Source: a virus. From it: a stretch of DNA of 64,000 nucleotides. The translations under genes and the position numbers were made by a program. The stretch is from IMG/VR virus record IMGVR_UViG_3300025131_000017, positions 1-64,000 of that record; one strand, 5' to 3'. Shown one piece after another: positions 47,055-56,751 of the stretch (its first letter is position 1; each line of letters begins with the position of its first letter). Under the pieces are notes generated by a model. It was not told where the DNA came from, made no database searches, and saw only the letters and a program-made list of their open reading frames with translations.

Positions 47055-48990
47055 CTATATTTAGTTCGGTTGGTTGTTTAGCTTTAGGATTCTTTTGTTG
47101 TGTTCTACTAAATCTAGTTGGGTCACCAAAGATTGCCTTTTCTACATTGGTAATTCCTGTAGGACTTAAATCAGCAACATAATCAACTCCACTTTGCTCA
47201 AACCACATTTGGCTCATATCTGGGGTTACTTCTTTAATTAAAGGAGAACTAAATCCTTTTTCTAAAAGACTTTCAACCCAAGTTTTAGATAAAGTTAATT
47301 CATTCTTAGACCTTGCCTCAGCATATTTATCTATATCTCGTTCTTCGTCAGGTGTTTTATCGTGCCAATCTGGAGTCTTTCCTCCTGTCCTACCTTTAAA
47401 CTTTCGTTGTGAAGGTGGAATATGTGCATTTTGAATTACGTCTGGTTCACCTAATTCTTCAACTCCTAATCCTTCTTCTTCACCCTCTTCTCCTTGAGCC
47501 TGTTGTTGTTGCTCCATTTCTTGTTGTTGAGCTGCTTGTTCCATTTGGTCTTTCTGTTGTTGTATACCCATAGCCATTTGTTCTGCTTGCATTTGTGCAG
47601 TTGGTACGGGTTCTCCACTAATCATAAAGTCAGCATCCCAAAGGGGAACATCTTGTTCTTTTAATTTTACATCAAAACCTAATCCAGCAAACTGATTTGC
47701 AATCTGTATTTTTTGTTGTGCAAATGTTAATCTAGTATTCTCTGCCTTTTCTTCAGGTTGTGGTAATAGTATTTCATAATCGGTTACACCAAAAGCATCC
47801 AATAGTTGTGGGAATACTTTCTCATGCATTAATCGTTGGTCACCTTCAACCACACGACTCATAACAACTAGTTGTTGAGTTTGAGAAGACATACCCCCAA
47901 ACGCTTCTGGAGCTCCTTGCCATGCTGGAGTAACACCCCACATTGAGGCAACTCTTTCTCTAATTTCATCCTTAACAGGAAGATAATCCATTTCATTTAA
48001 ACTGTGAAATAGTCTTACCATGTCTACTCTACCTCTTTGGTTTCTAGCAGAAACTGCTACCATAGGTATATAGTTAGGGTCTAATCTTGTTTGTGCGGCA
48101 ATATGTTCTCTTTCTCTACGTAATGACTCTGGGTCATCTGTGGTTACCATTAACATACTGGCGGGCATTTTTCTCTCGTAGAAATATCTATATAGGTTTT
48201 TATCCATACCAACCAAAGTTAATGCTTTTTCAAAGATTGTTAAAATTGGTGACCATCCATAAGTTTCTGATGGTGAGAATTTACTTAAGTGAATAATTTC
48301 TTTATCAGAGAAATACATGTGTTTACTTCTATGATAATACTTATACATCGCAGGGTGAAGGTCTACATTACAATCATCCTTCACACACTTACCTTGGGTA
48401 TCTTGGACTATCTCTCTATGAATAGGACAAATGTAATGAGCATTCTTTGGTAATCCAGCTTGGTCTAAATCAAATTCCACTAGTGCTGGATTTATTCGTC
48501 TAATTTCTTGAAGTCTTGAAGATACAGTTCCATCGCCATTATCTTTATATTCTTTCGCCATATATAAAAACCCATCATCTAATGTGTTCACATCATAATG
48601 AAATTGTCGAAGGACTTCTTCTAGAGACTGGTCAAAAACATTACAGTCTTTAATCCAATTTGTAACTAATTCTTTTTGTTCTTTCTTAGGATTTTCTATT
48701 TTAGGAACAATTGTTATACCTCTCCTAAAAACTTCTCCTGTAATATGAGAAACAGGACCTCTAATTTCCTCGACTGACATTGAGACAGTTTGTAAATCTT
48801 GCACCAATTGTTGGCGATAAGCCATTTGATGTCTTACCCATGTATTTACTATTTGGTCTAAACCAATAGTTTGGGCTTTACCCACATCCCCAGCAGATTT
48901 CATTACATCTAGTAGACTTATTTGTTTATTCAAATCAGCCATTTGTTGCTGCATTTGAGGAACTTGAGGTATATATTCAGATAATTTCAT
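47041..48990 (-). CDS. Portal protein
   Basis: 649 aa downstream of the terminase; EIIHLS..SETYGWSPI, RYFYE..MP and EMDYL..IRERV.S.WGV.P portal-like motifs. Confidence 0.85.
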   Translation of the reverse strand: MKLSEYIPQVPQMQQQMADLNKQISLLDVMKSAGDVGKAQTIGLDQIVNTWVRHQMAYRQQLVQDLQTVSMSVEEIRGPVSHITGEVFRRGITIVPKIENPKKEQKELVTNWIKDCNVFDQSLEEVLRQFHYDVNTLDDGFLYMAKEYKDNGDGTVSSRLQEIRRINPALVEFDLDQAGLPKNAHYICPIHREIVQDTQGKCVKDDCNVDLHPAMYKYYHRSKHMYFSDKEIIHLSKFSPSETYGWSPILTIFEKALTLVGMDKNLYRYFYERKMPASMLMVTTDDPESLRREREHIAAQTRLDPNYIPMVAVSARNQRGRVDMVRLFHSLNEMDYLPVKDEIRERVASMWGVTPAWQGAPEAFGGMSSQTQQLVVMSRVVEGDQRLMHEKVFPQLLDAFGVTDYEILLPQPEEKAENTRLTFAQQKIQIANQFAGLGFDVKLKEQDVPLWDADFMISGEPVPTAQMQAEQMAMGIQQQKDQMEQAAQQQEMEQQQQAQGEEGEEEGLGVEELGEPDVIQNAHIPPSQRKFKGRTGGKTPDWHDKTPDEERDIDKYAEARSKNELTLSKTWVESLLEKGFSSPLIKEVTPDMSQMWFEQSGVDYVADLSPTGITNVEKAIFGDPTRFSRTQQKNPKAKQPTELNIDEEE

Positions 48991-48992
48991 TC

Positions 48993-49433
48993 TTAATCCC
49001 TACTTAGTTTAGTCATATCCTGCATGGATACTAACTTTAATATATTATCCATTGCTTTTTCTTTTAACTCATAATCTTCTGAATGAGTGACATCTCTAGT
49101 AATTTCAGATTTTTCTTCTTTTAGTTTTAATATTTTCTCATTCAAGGATTGTATCTCTTGGTCTTTGTCTAAAATTATTGATTCAAGCTCAGCTTCACCT
49201 GTTCCAAAAGAAGCATTTTCTAATACCCCTAAACTACCAGCTGTTTTTATTAAAGCTATGAATTCTCCTTCTGATAATATTTTGACAGCAGTGCTATCAT
49301 CAGGGATATCATCATCGGCATTAAGCATTTTTAAATCTTGATGCCAAGTATCTAATATTCTCCAAGTACCATTATCGTCTTTGTTTGCTACGTATTGCTG
49401 TCCTGAATCAGAAAGCATATTTCCTATTGTCAT
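48993..49433 (-). CDS. Hypothetical protein
   Basis: AAGGAG RBS. Confidence 0.7.
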   Translation of the reverse strand: MTIGNMLSDSGQQYVANKDDNGTWRILDTWHQDLKMLNADDDIPDDSTAVKILSEGEFIALIKTAGSLGVLENASFGTGEAELESIILDKDQEIQSLNEKILKLKEEKSEITRDVTHSEDYELKEKAMDNILKLVSMQDMTKLSRD

Positions 49434-49489
49434 AAAATGACTCCTTTTCTTCTTCTATATTTATATTATACTAAACTTTTTATAATTAC

Positions 49490-51418
49490 CTATGCAATTA
49501 TACATTTACTAGAACCACAATTTTTGCATGTTTCACATCCACCTTCATTTATAATGTGGGGAGAAGTACAACATAAGTCTTGATTTTTTAATATTTTTTC
49601 TTCAATAGAAAAACCATCCATAACTAATTGTTTATCTTCTTTAGCATTACCTTTAACTAAGACTTCCACTTCTCTTGACCCCGCTCTATAAACTGTAATT
49701 CCTTTACATCTTTTTTTCCATGCTAACATATATGCATTTTCAACATCTTCTATAGTAGCAGAGTTTGCAAAGTTAATTGTTTTTGAAATTCCTGAATCAC
49801 AATTCTCTTGGAAGGAAGCTTGCATTAATACATGAGCCTCTGGACTAATTGAAGGTGCAGTTCTATATACATCTTTCGCCCAATCTGGAACTTGAGGAAC
49901 AGTACTTAAGTCACCACCCTCTGCTAAGTAATCCATTAAATCTTCTGAATAAAAACCATATTCTTTAGCATCAGCCTCAAAATATTTGTTTACATAATTT
50001 AAAGTTTTACCTTCTAATATGTTTTGTTTCTTCCAAGCTAATGCAAATGTTGGTTCAACACCACTAGACGTATCAGCAATCATAGAAATAGTTCCTGTTG
50101 GTGCAACTGTTAATCTACAATGATTTCTAAATTTTTGATTGTCTACCTTATAGTAATCACTTTTTTCCCACGCAGGAAATGTTCCTCTTTCCATTGCAAG
50201 ATGTTTAGATTCAGAATCGGACCAAGTTTGTATATTTCCCATAATAAGTTTACCAATCTTTCTTGCTTCTTCAGAATCATATGGAATCTTTAATTGAATT
50301 AATAAGTCAGCAAACCCCATAACTCCCAAACCAATCTTTCGAGTTGCTTTTGTCATCTCTTCAATTTCAGGAGTTGCATAATAGTTTGCATCAATAACAT
50401 TATCTAAGAATCTAGTAGCCTTTCTAGTAACCCATTCTAATCTTGCCCAATCAATTTTCTTAAACCATTCACCATCAAAGTTATTCATATCTGATTCACT
50501 TCTATAAAATTTAGCAAGGTTAACTGAACCTAAGTTACAAGATTCATTTGGTAACAAAGGTTGTTCTCCACATGGATTTGTAGCAATCATGTGTCCATAT
50601 TCTTGGATAACATGGTTATCTTCATTTACTCTATCTAGAAATATCATTCCCGGTTCACCATTTCTCCACGCACCCTCAACAATTTTATTAAAAACCTCTC
50701 GTGCATTTACCTTTTTAACGAGTGATAAATCTTTAGGGTTGATTAAACCATACTCCATATTATTTTCAACTGCTTTCATAAAATTAGAATCAACCCCAAC
50801 TGAAATATTAAAATTATGTATATCTCCTTCAATGGATTTACATGATATAAACTCTAGTATATCTGGGTGATATATTGACATAACAGCCATATTGGCTCCA
50901 TCCCTCTTACCTCCTTGTGTTATCATAGAAGATACTCTTGATAACGTCTTTAGAACTTCAATAGGACCACAAGCTATACCATGTGTTGACCTTATTCTAT
51001 CTCCTCTTGGTCTAACATTAGATAAGGCAAACCCTGTACCCCCTCCGAATTTTTGAACCATCGCTGTGTCAGTAGCTGCTTTCATTATTCCTTCCATACT
51101 ATCTTCTAGTGGAAGCACAAAACATGCTGATAAAGTTCCTTGTTCTGTTCCTGCATTCATTAGTGTTGGAGAGTTTGGAATGAATTCTAACTTTGACATC
51201 ATTACAAAGAAATCATTTTCTTCTAAAGTAGCCTCAACAGGAAGTTTTCCATAATCTAATTCTATTTTTGCGATTGCTTTTGCAACTCTTCTAAATAGTC
51301 CATTAGGGTCTTCAATTACTTTATTATCCGAGTCTTTTAAAAAATATCTATGCTCTAAAATTACTTGGGCTTGGTCTGAAATTTGTGTTGTTTTACTTGA
51401 AAAATTGACTAACGTCAT
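49490..51418 (-). CDS. nrdJ: Class II (adenosylcobalamin-dependent) ribonucleotide reductase
   Basis: PNSPTLMNAG, LSACFV, ATNPCGEQPL, APTGTIS, ISKTIN, KGITVYR; C-terminal EGGCETCKNCG zinc ribbon; no nrdB nearby. Confidence 0.9.
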   Translation of the reverse strand: MTLVNFSSKTTQISDQAQVILEHRYFLKDSDNKVIEDPNGLFRRVAKAIAKIELDYGKLPVEATLEENDFFVMMSKLEFIPNSPTLMNAGTEQGTLSACFVLPLEDSMEGIMKAATDTAMVQKFGGGTGFALSNVRPRGDRIRSTHGIACGPIEVLKTLSRVSSMITQGGKRDGANMAVMSIYHPDILEFISCKSIEGDIHNFNISVGVDSNFMKAVENNMEYGLINPKDLSLVKKVNAREVFNKIVEGAWRNGEPGMIFLDRVNEDNHVIQEYGHMIATNPCGEQPLLPNESCNLGSVNLAKFYRSESDMNNFDGEWFKKIDWARLEWVTRKATRFLDNVIDANYYATPEIEEMTKATRKIGLGVMGFADLLIQLKIPYDSEEARKIGKLIMGNIQTWSDSESKHLAMERGTFPAWEKSDYYKVDNQKFRNHCRLTVAPTGTISMIADTSSGVEPTFALAWKKQNILEGKTLNYVNKYFEADAKEYGFYSEDLMDYLAEGGDLSTVPQVPDWAKDVYRTAPSISPEAHVLMQASFQENCDSGISKTINFANSATIEDVENAYMLAWKKRCKGITVYRAGSREVEVLVKGNAKEDKQLVMDGFSIEEKILKNQDLCCTSPHIINEGGCETCKNCGSSKCIIA

Positions 51419-51455
51419 CTAGGGTTCCCTCCTCGGTTTTAAAAAATTTATTACT

Positions 51456-53126
51456 TTATTGTCTATATCCACAATAGAGGCATAAACCTCTTTCAGGAAC
51501 CCAGAAATTTGAGTTACAAACTGTTTCAGCACATTGTGGATTCGGTGCTGAACTAGCCTTCTCCAAAGGATTAACAGGCTCCATCCCTAAAGGATTAATA
51601 GAGGATTCTCCCTCCTTTGTTGACCCCTTTGTTTCATCAAGCATTTCTTGTTTGCTTTCAGGGGTTTCGCCCGGACTGATAGCATTAAACCAATCTGTTG
51701 CACTACCCAAGTCAACGAACTTATAGGCAGTATCGTGTACAGCTTGAAGAGCCATAGCGATTGAGAAAAAGGCATCCCCATGTCCCATAGGTGTGTTGGG
51801 TGCCTTTAAATCATTGCTCACAGACAAGATTTGTTGCTTCTGTCTTTCATCCTTTATTATAGATAGTATACCTGAATGAACAAAGTTTTCAAGCACTCCA
51901 GCCATAGTATTTTTAGATTTTCTTGTAAAAGTCATAGGTCTCCATCTAGTGTCCAAACCTCTATCCTCTAATTCTCCACGAGTGTTGTCAATATATCCTG
52001 AAGTTAAATTAAAATTATCGGCTACTTCATTCAAATATTCTATCTGGTCAGAGTAATTCCACCCCTCTAAAAAGGATTGATGAACCTGTTCTATCTTGTC
52101 CCCTCGTTTTCTAAAAATAACTAAATGAGATGGGTGTCTTTTCTTGCCCACATCAAACCCTCCAAACATTTGGTCACCACTTTCCCAGTCTGAAAACTCC
52201 TTAGTTGCAGGAGCAGACCTTAAATTTTCATCTTCACATTTTGAAATGTCTTCTTCATTAAAATAGGATACAGTAGCAAAGTGAGGTACAAGCATAAACT
52301 CTGAGGCAAACGATTTTGGTCTTGCTTTTTGTTGTGCTAATAAATATTCTTCACTCATTATCTCAGGTGCTAATACCCTTCGCCCCGGAACAGGGTCTAA
52401 TGCTGGAAGAACCCTAGACTTGAATCTAGCATCATCTTGTAGTTTGGCTAACAAATCTCCGGGCATCATAGGTGTTCCCACCACAATTACAGGAGCTTCT
52501 TTTAAAGGTATGAACATTGATTCTGTCATGAAGTGGTCTTCTACTTTAGTTATCTGCCCCATGTTCAATGGGTTCTCTGGGTCTCTCAATACATCATCAG
52601 CAACCAAGGCTCCATTAACATGCATTCCTCTTTTGAAAGAAAACAGTCCACCATGCATAATCTCCATAGGTTTATTGTTTTTATAAAATCTAGCAGAAAA
52701 ATCTGCTTTGGGGTTTCGATTGATAAGTAATTCTGGGATAATTGGATTCCTACTAACAACCTTATTTATCTCCGCAATATGATATTTAGCCATACCATCA
52801 CTATAAGATAGATATAATACAGCCATATCTCTAGGAGCCTTCAACAATCTCCAAACACTAAAGGCATGTCCTAATATTGTAGACTTGAAATGCCCTCTAG
52901 GTAATACTGCCACATAATTTAAACCTTCTGCTAAACATTCTTCAATGTCCTCAGCTAAAAGACTTACATGCCATGCTTTAAAGTACTCAGGATTATCATA
53001 AGAGTATGCCCATATATTTTCAATGAATTCTCTAAAGGTTCCTACTTCATATCTCTTTTGTTCTTGAAGCCCCCCAGCAAGTACGTCAAATGCTTTGCCT
53101 ATAGATACAATGTCTTTGTTTGCCAC
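51456..53126 (-). CDS. Terminase large subunit
   Basis: PRGHFKST (Walker A), LVADD (Walker B), VGTP, GFDVG and HGDAFFS nuclease motifs. Confidence 0.9.
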   Translation of the reverse strand: MANKDIVSIGKAFDVLAGGLQEQKRYEVGTFREFIENIWAYSYDNPEYFKAWHVSLLAEDIEECLAEGLNYVAVLPRGHFKSTILGHAFSVWRLLKAPRDMAVLYLSYSDGMAKYHIAEINKVVSRNPIIPELLINRNPKADFSARFYKNNKPMEIMHGGLFSFKRGMHVNGALVADDVLRDPENPLNMGQITKVEDHFMTESMFIPLKEAPVIVVGTPMMPGDLLAKLQDDARFKSRVLPALDPVPGRRVLAPEIMSEEYLLAQQKARPKSFASEFMLVPHFATVSYFNEEDISKCEDENLRSAPATKEFSDWESGDQMFGGFDVGKKRHPSHLVIFRKRGDKIEQVHQSFLEGWNYSDQIEYLNEVADNFNLTSGYIDNTRGELEDRGLDTRWRPMTFTRKSKNTMAGVLENFVHSGILSIIKDERQKQQILSVSNDLKAPNTPMGHGDAFFSIAMALQAVHDTAYKFVDLGSATDWFNAISPGETPESKQEMLDETKGSTKEGESSINPLGMEPVNPLEKASSAPNPQCAETVCNSNFWVPERGLCLYCGYRQ

Positions 53127-53630
53127 TTATTTTATATCCTCTGAATTTTGTACTAATGTTTTTAATTTTATTGCTATTTTTTGTAAGGTATCTTGATTCT
53201 CTATTTCTTCAACTAAAATATTTAAAACATCTTGTACAAATTGAAGATTAATCATTCCTTGAAGAACTTCTCTTTGACCTTTAACACCGATATCTACAGC
53301 TCTCGCTGCATCTAATGCTCTATCAAAATGAAGCTCTGTAATTTCTCGTGTTGCTTTATTAGCAATAGATGTATAACTATCTAATTGTTCTGCTTGTAAT
53401 CTCGCAAACCTTTGGGCTTCTGTTTCTGCAATCTCTTGTTTTTTCTCAGCAATTGCAACAGACTTTTGTTCTGCCCACTTTTCCTTTTTCGCCCATGCAT
53501 AAATAGTAGGTGGTTTAACTACTACACCATCTATAGATACTTGTTCAGCTATTTCTTTAGCAGTTAAATCTCCTCTTAGAAATAACTTCATAGCTTCTAA
53601 TTTTACATTATCAGGAATATATTTAGGCAT
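53127..53630 (-). CDS. Terminase small subunit (HTH)
   Basis: AMKLF..AKEIA..TIYAW....W helix-turn-helix, immediately upstream of the large subunit; start placed at MPKYIPD. Confidence 0.7.
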   Translation of the reverse strand: MPKYIPDNVKLEAMKLFLRGDLTAKEIAEQVSIDGVVVKPPTIYAWAKKEKWAEQKSVAIAEKKQEIAETEAQRFARLQAEQLDSYTSIANKATREITELHFDRALDAARAVDIGVKGQREVLQGMINLQFVQDVLNILVEEIENQDTLQKIAIKLKTLVQNSEDIK

Positions 53631-53634
53631 CGGT

Positions 53635-54138
53635 TTACTCGTATATATTATTTGAATCCAGCGCACCATATCCTTCATCTGACACATGTTGCGAATCTAT
53701 ATTTCCACCCAAGGCACTTCCATCAGGGTTTAAAAATTTAGTAAAGTCAACTTTACCGGCACTCTTAGTAGATGATGTGAAACAATGAGGTACTTTAATT
53801 TTAGTTCTACTAGCAGTGATTACTTCTTCATATTTAATAGCAATCTCATTTCTAGTACAAATACCTTCCCAAATATGGTCTTGTTCATTTATAGGTTGAT
53901 ACCTTAAATTCTTTAAGATTGTACTTGAAGTTCTTTGGAGTCCTTTTATTTCTTGATAGTTTTTACATTTAGCATATTTACACCAAACAACTACTCCATG
54001 TTTCTTTTTTATATCTTCAAGAGTAGGTAACTTCTTAGGAAATTTGTCTTTATACTCTTTCTTTTTCTTTTCCTTCTTCCCCGGAAAAGCCATCTGAAAT
54101 CCTCTAACTACTTTAGTTAATCCTCCAGCTCCTATCAT
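53635..54138 (-). CDS. Hypothetical protein
   Basis: Coupled ORF containing Cys residues. Confidence 0.6.
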   Translation of the reverse strand: MIGAGGLTKVVRGFQMAFPGKKEKKKKEYKDKFPKKLPTLEDIKKKHGVVVWCKYAKCKNYQEIKGLQRTSSTILKNLRYQPINEQDHIWEGICTRNEIAIKYEEVITASRTKIKVPHCFTSSTKSAGKVDFTKFLNPDGSALGGNIDSQHVSDEGYGALDSNNIYE

Positions 54139-54593
54139 CTAGACCTCCTTTTGTTCCATAATGCTATACATGCTGCATCAGCATAATCTTGTTCAGGGAA
54201 TTTATCTCCCCACTTATCTATTGCACAATTCTTAATATCTTCTTTCTTTGCATTACCCTTACCAATAATTTCTTTCTTCCAACTTCGATTATCTATAATT
54301 GAAGTAGGAATACCTTCTTTTAATAAAAATGCCCATACAGCCCCAACAACATTTGCTATTGCTATTGTAGTTTTAGGATTCTGTATAAAAATAGCTGCTT
54401 CAATGGCAGCAGAATCTATTATATCTATTGTACTTAATTCTTCTGAAAATTCTTTGGTCATGATAGGGAATCTTAAATCAAAACTTTTTTCTTTACTAGA
54501 CCATTTATCTAAAGACAATAACCTCTCTTTGTCATCTATTAAAGCCCCATGAATAGCTAAACTAGAACAATCTAATCCTAAAAATTTCTTCAT
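54135..54593 (-). CDS. ruvC: RuvC-like Holliday junction resolvase
   Basis: LGLD, AIE, WKK..GKGNAKKED and DYADAACIA motifs. Confidence 0.8.
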   Translation of the reverse strand: MKKFLGLDCSSLAIHGALIDDKERLLSLDKWSSKEKSFDLRFPIMTKEFSEELSTIDIIDSAAIEAAIFIQNPKTTIAIANVVGAVWAFLLKEGIPTSIIDNRSWKKEIIGKGNAKKEDIKNCAIDKWGDKFPEQDYADAACIALWNKRRSR

Positions 54594-55096
54594 TGTTGTG
54601 TTGTTCCATACGTTCTTAACGCAACTATTCTACTAACTGTATTATAAGCAGTAGAATAAGTATTAAGCAATCCTTGAGTTTTTTTCATTAATGCTTGTTG
54701 TTCAATTAATTCTCTTTTTAAATCTTTTAGTGAAGAGTGTCGAGTAAGTATTTCTCCCCTTAATTCTTCACGAGTTGGTTTTTTCTTCTCTAATTCATTA
54801 TACTCACTAGTTACTTTAAATAGAGCTGTGTTATAACCTTCTGTGAAGGCAGCTTCAAATGCCCCTACTGTAGCTTCAATAGTAGATACCTTAGTTTCAA
54901 GATATCCTTTATAGCCACCATATAGAACTAAAAAGTCTTCTAATTGTTTATTATCATAATTCATTAATTTAGAGAAATCTAAGTCGGGTCTTTCATCTAA
55001 ATCAACTTTAAAATTAGGTAACCCTAAGTGTTCGATTTCTTTTTGAGCTTTTCCTAATGCTTTCATAGGAGTCCACTTTGTTTCTCTCTGTTGCAC
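54590..55096 (-). CDS. Helical protein, possibly UvsY-like recombination mediator
   Basis: Coiled-coil located between RecA/exonuclease and the resolvase. Confidence 0.45.
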   Translation of the reverse strand: MQQRETKWTPMKALGKAQKEIEHLGLPNFKVDLDERPDLDFSKLMNYDNKQLEDFLVLYGGYKGYLETKVSTIEATVGAFEAAFTEGYNTALFKVTSEYNELEKKKPTREELRGEILTRHSSLKDLKRELIEQQALMKKTQGLLNTYSTAYNTVSRIVALRTYGTTQQ

Positions 55097-55097
55097 T

Positions 55098-55805
55098 TTA
55101 CACCTTCACTAAAGAATTACTAATATGTGGTTCAATATAATTAATAATTTCCATCACTTTAGTTAAATCAAACTTACCATTTGAACGTATACCTGTCTCC
55201 ATGTCAATCCAATTAATAATTTTGTCTCTCTTATCCCACACTTCAACTGCCTGTGGTAAGGTATTAATGTTTAATCCCCCGGAGTAACCATATTTTCGGT
55301 CTCCAAAGTCTAACCAACTATTTTGGAAAATTCCAGCCCCACTAGAAAAATCTTGGAAAACTGCTATATTTGGCAAGTCAAGATTATACATAAAGTGATT
55401 TCCTTCATCAACTTGTAAGATAAACTCAATATGAGAGTTTCTTTTCATCTCATTAATAAACTCATCATTAATTTTATATTTTATTCCATGTGTATTTATT
55501 TGAGCTCTTGAAAAAATCTCAGGAATACTTTGTTCCTTCATAATTTGCTCTAATGATAATCCTTCAGTTACAAGTTGATATACCATTGGTTCACATAAAT
55601 GCATCGAAAGATTCATTGTAGGTAAAGTCTTTTTTATTTTTTCTAATTCTGATATCCAATTAAAATTAGGAAATCTACTAAACCCTTCCATTCCACTAGG
55701 GAATAGAATACCCCACTCTACCCAAGGGTAAGCCTCTGAAATCTTTGCTAATTCAACAGGATGAACTGAATTATCAGCTCCTGTAAATGTTACTCGTTCT
55801 ATCAT
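55098..55805 (-). CDS. TrpF/phosphoribosylanthranilate-isomerase-like TIM-barrel protein
   Basis: TFTGAD, VEWGIL, D.SSGAG, GYSGGL and WIDMETGIR motifs. Confidence 0.65.
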   Translation of the reverse strand: MIERVTFTGADNSVHPVELAKISEAYPWVEWGILFPSGMEGFSRFPNFNWISELEKIKKTLPTMNLSMHLCEPMVYQLVTEGLSLEQIMKEQSIPEIFSRAQINTHGIKYKINDEFINEMKRNSHIEFILQVDEGNHFMYNLDLPNIAVFQDFSSGAGIFQNSWLDFGDRKYGYSGGLNINTLPQAVEVWDKRDKIINWIDMETGIRSNGKFDLTKVMEIINYIEPHISNSLVKV

Positions 55806-56476
55806 TATTCTTCTCCTATCTTTCTACAATCACACCAAGTTTCGCCTGAACACTCTTCTGGTCTTGTTAACATATCTTGTATTCTAAAACAACGTTTTAA
55901 TATATTATCCCATTCTATCACATCTCGTTCTATAATAAAACCCTTTAACCTTTGGTCGTCTTTACATTCATATAGAACCGTTCCTCTTTCATAATTACCC
56001 ATATTTAAATACATTTGTAATTGTAGTGCATGTTCAGGTTTAGCATTTTTCAACTTTGTAAAGTTTAATTTGTTAATTGATTTTAACTCTACGGCAATAA
56101 CACCTAAGTCATAATGATTAATGATAAAGTCTATTCGCCCTGAAATTGGTGGTATATCGGTCTTTAGAGGCACTTCTCTACCTCTAAGTATACCTAACCC
56201 ATCAAACCAGTTAGCAACCCTATCTTCTAGAGAACTACCACATTGGAATATTCTTTGAAGAAGAGCTGGAAGTGGTTTGGCTTCTAGTTTACCATTATAA
56301 GCTAACCATAAATATCTATCACAAGGATTACCTAATGATGAAGGATAGAATACACCAGCTCGTGGTGGAGTCATTGTTCCAGTAAGATGCTCCTCAAGAA
56401 TATCTGTTAACCAAATATCTTGTTTTCCTACAGGTGTAATTTTTGTATTGGGTTTTACTTGTTGAATTCCTGCCAT
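55805..56476 (-). CDS. Cas4-like PD-(D/E)XK exonuclease
   Basis: PSSLGNPCDR, ISGRID, ELKS, QLQMY and C-terminal C..C.WC.C. Confidence 0.85.
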   Translation of the reverse strand: MAGIQQVKPNTKITPVGKQDIWLTDILEEHLTGTMTPPRAGVFYPSSLGNPCDRYLWLAYNGKLEAKPLPALLQRIFQCGSSLEDRVANWFDGLGILRGREVPLKTDIPPISGRIDFIINHYDLGVIAVELKSINKLNFTKLKNAKPEHALQLQMYLNMGNYERGTVLYECKDDQRLKGFIIERDVIEWDNILKRCFRIQDMLTRPEECSGETWCDCRKIGEE

Positions 56477-56751
56477 AATTTTTCCTTTATCTCTTTTAAT
56501 GTTTTTTCTTTAATATGTACTATGTGAGTAATATTTTTATTTTTTAATAAATACTCATCTCTTTTTTTATCCTTTTTTTGAAGGTGACCATAAATTCCAT
56601 CAGCCTCAATAACCATCTCTACTTCAGCTACAAAAAAATCTACTATGTATGGAAAAAATTCCAACTGTTGTTCATAACGTATACCAAACTCATCTAAACA
56701 TTCAGCAATTAAATTTTCTTGTTTCGTAAAATCTCTAGGTGGTAAGTTCAT
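56455..56751 (-). CDS. Vsr/DUF559-like endonuclease
   Basis: YIVDFF...VIEADG.YGH....D..RD motif. Confidence 0.8.
   Translation of the reverse strand: MNLPPRDFTKQENLIAECLDEFGIRYEQQLEFFPYIVDFFVAEVEMVIEADGIYGHLQKKDKKRDEYLLKNKNITHIVHIKEKTLKEIKEKLWQEFNK

Noticed and set aside
55805-56476. Cas4-like gene as evidence of a CRISPR-Cas system
   Set aside because: It stands alone in a RecA/RuvC recombination module with no other cas genes or array, which is common in phages.
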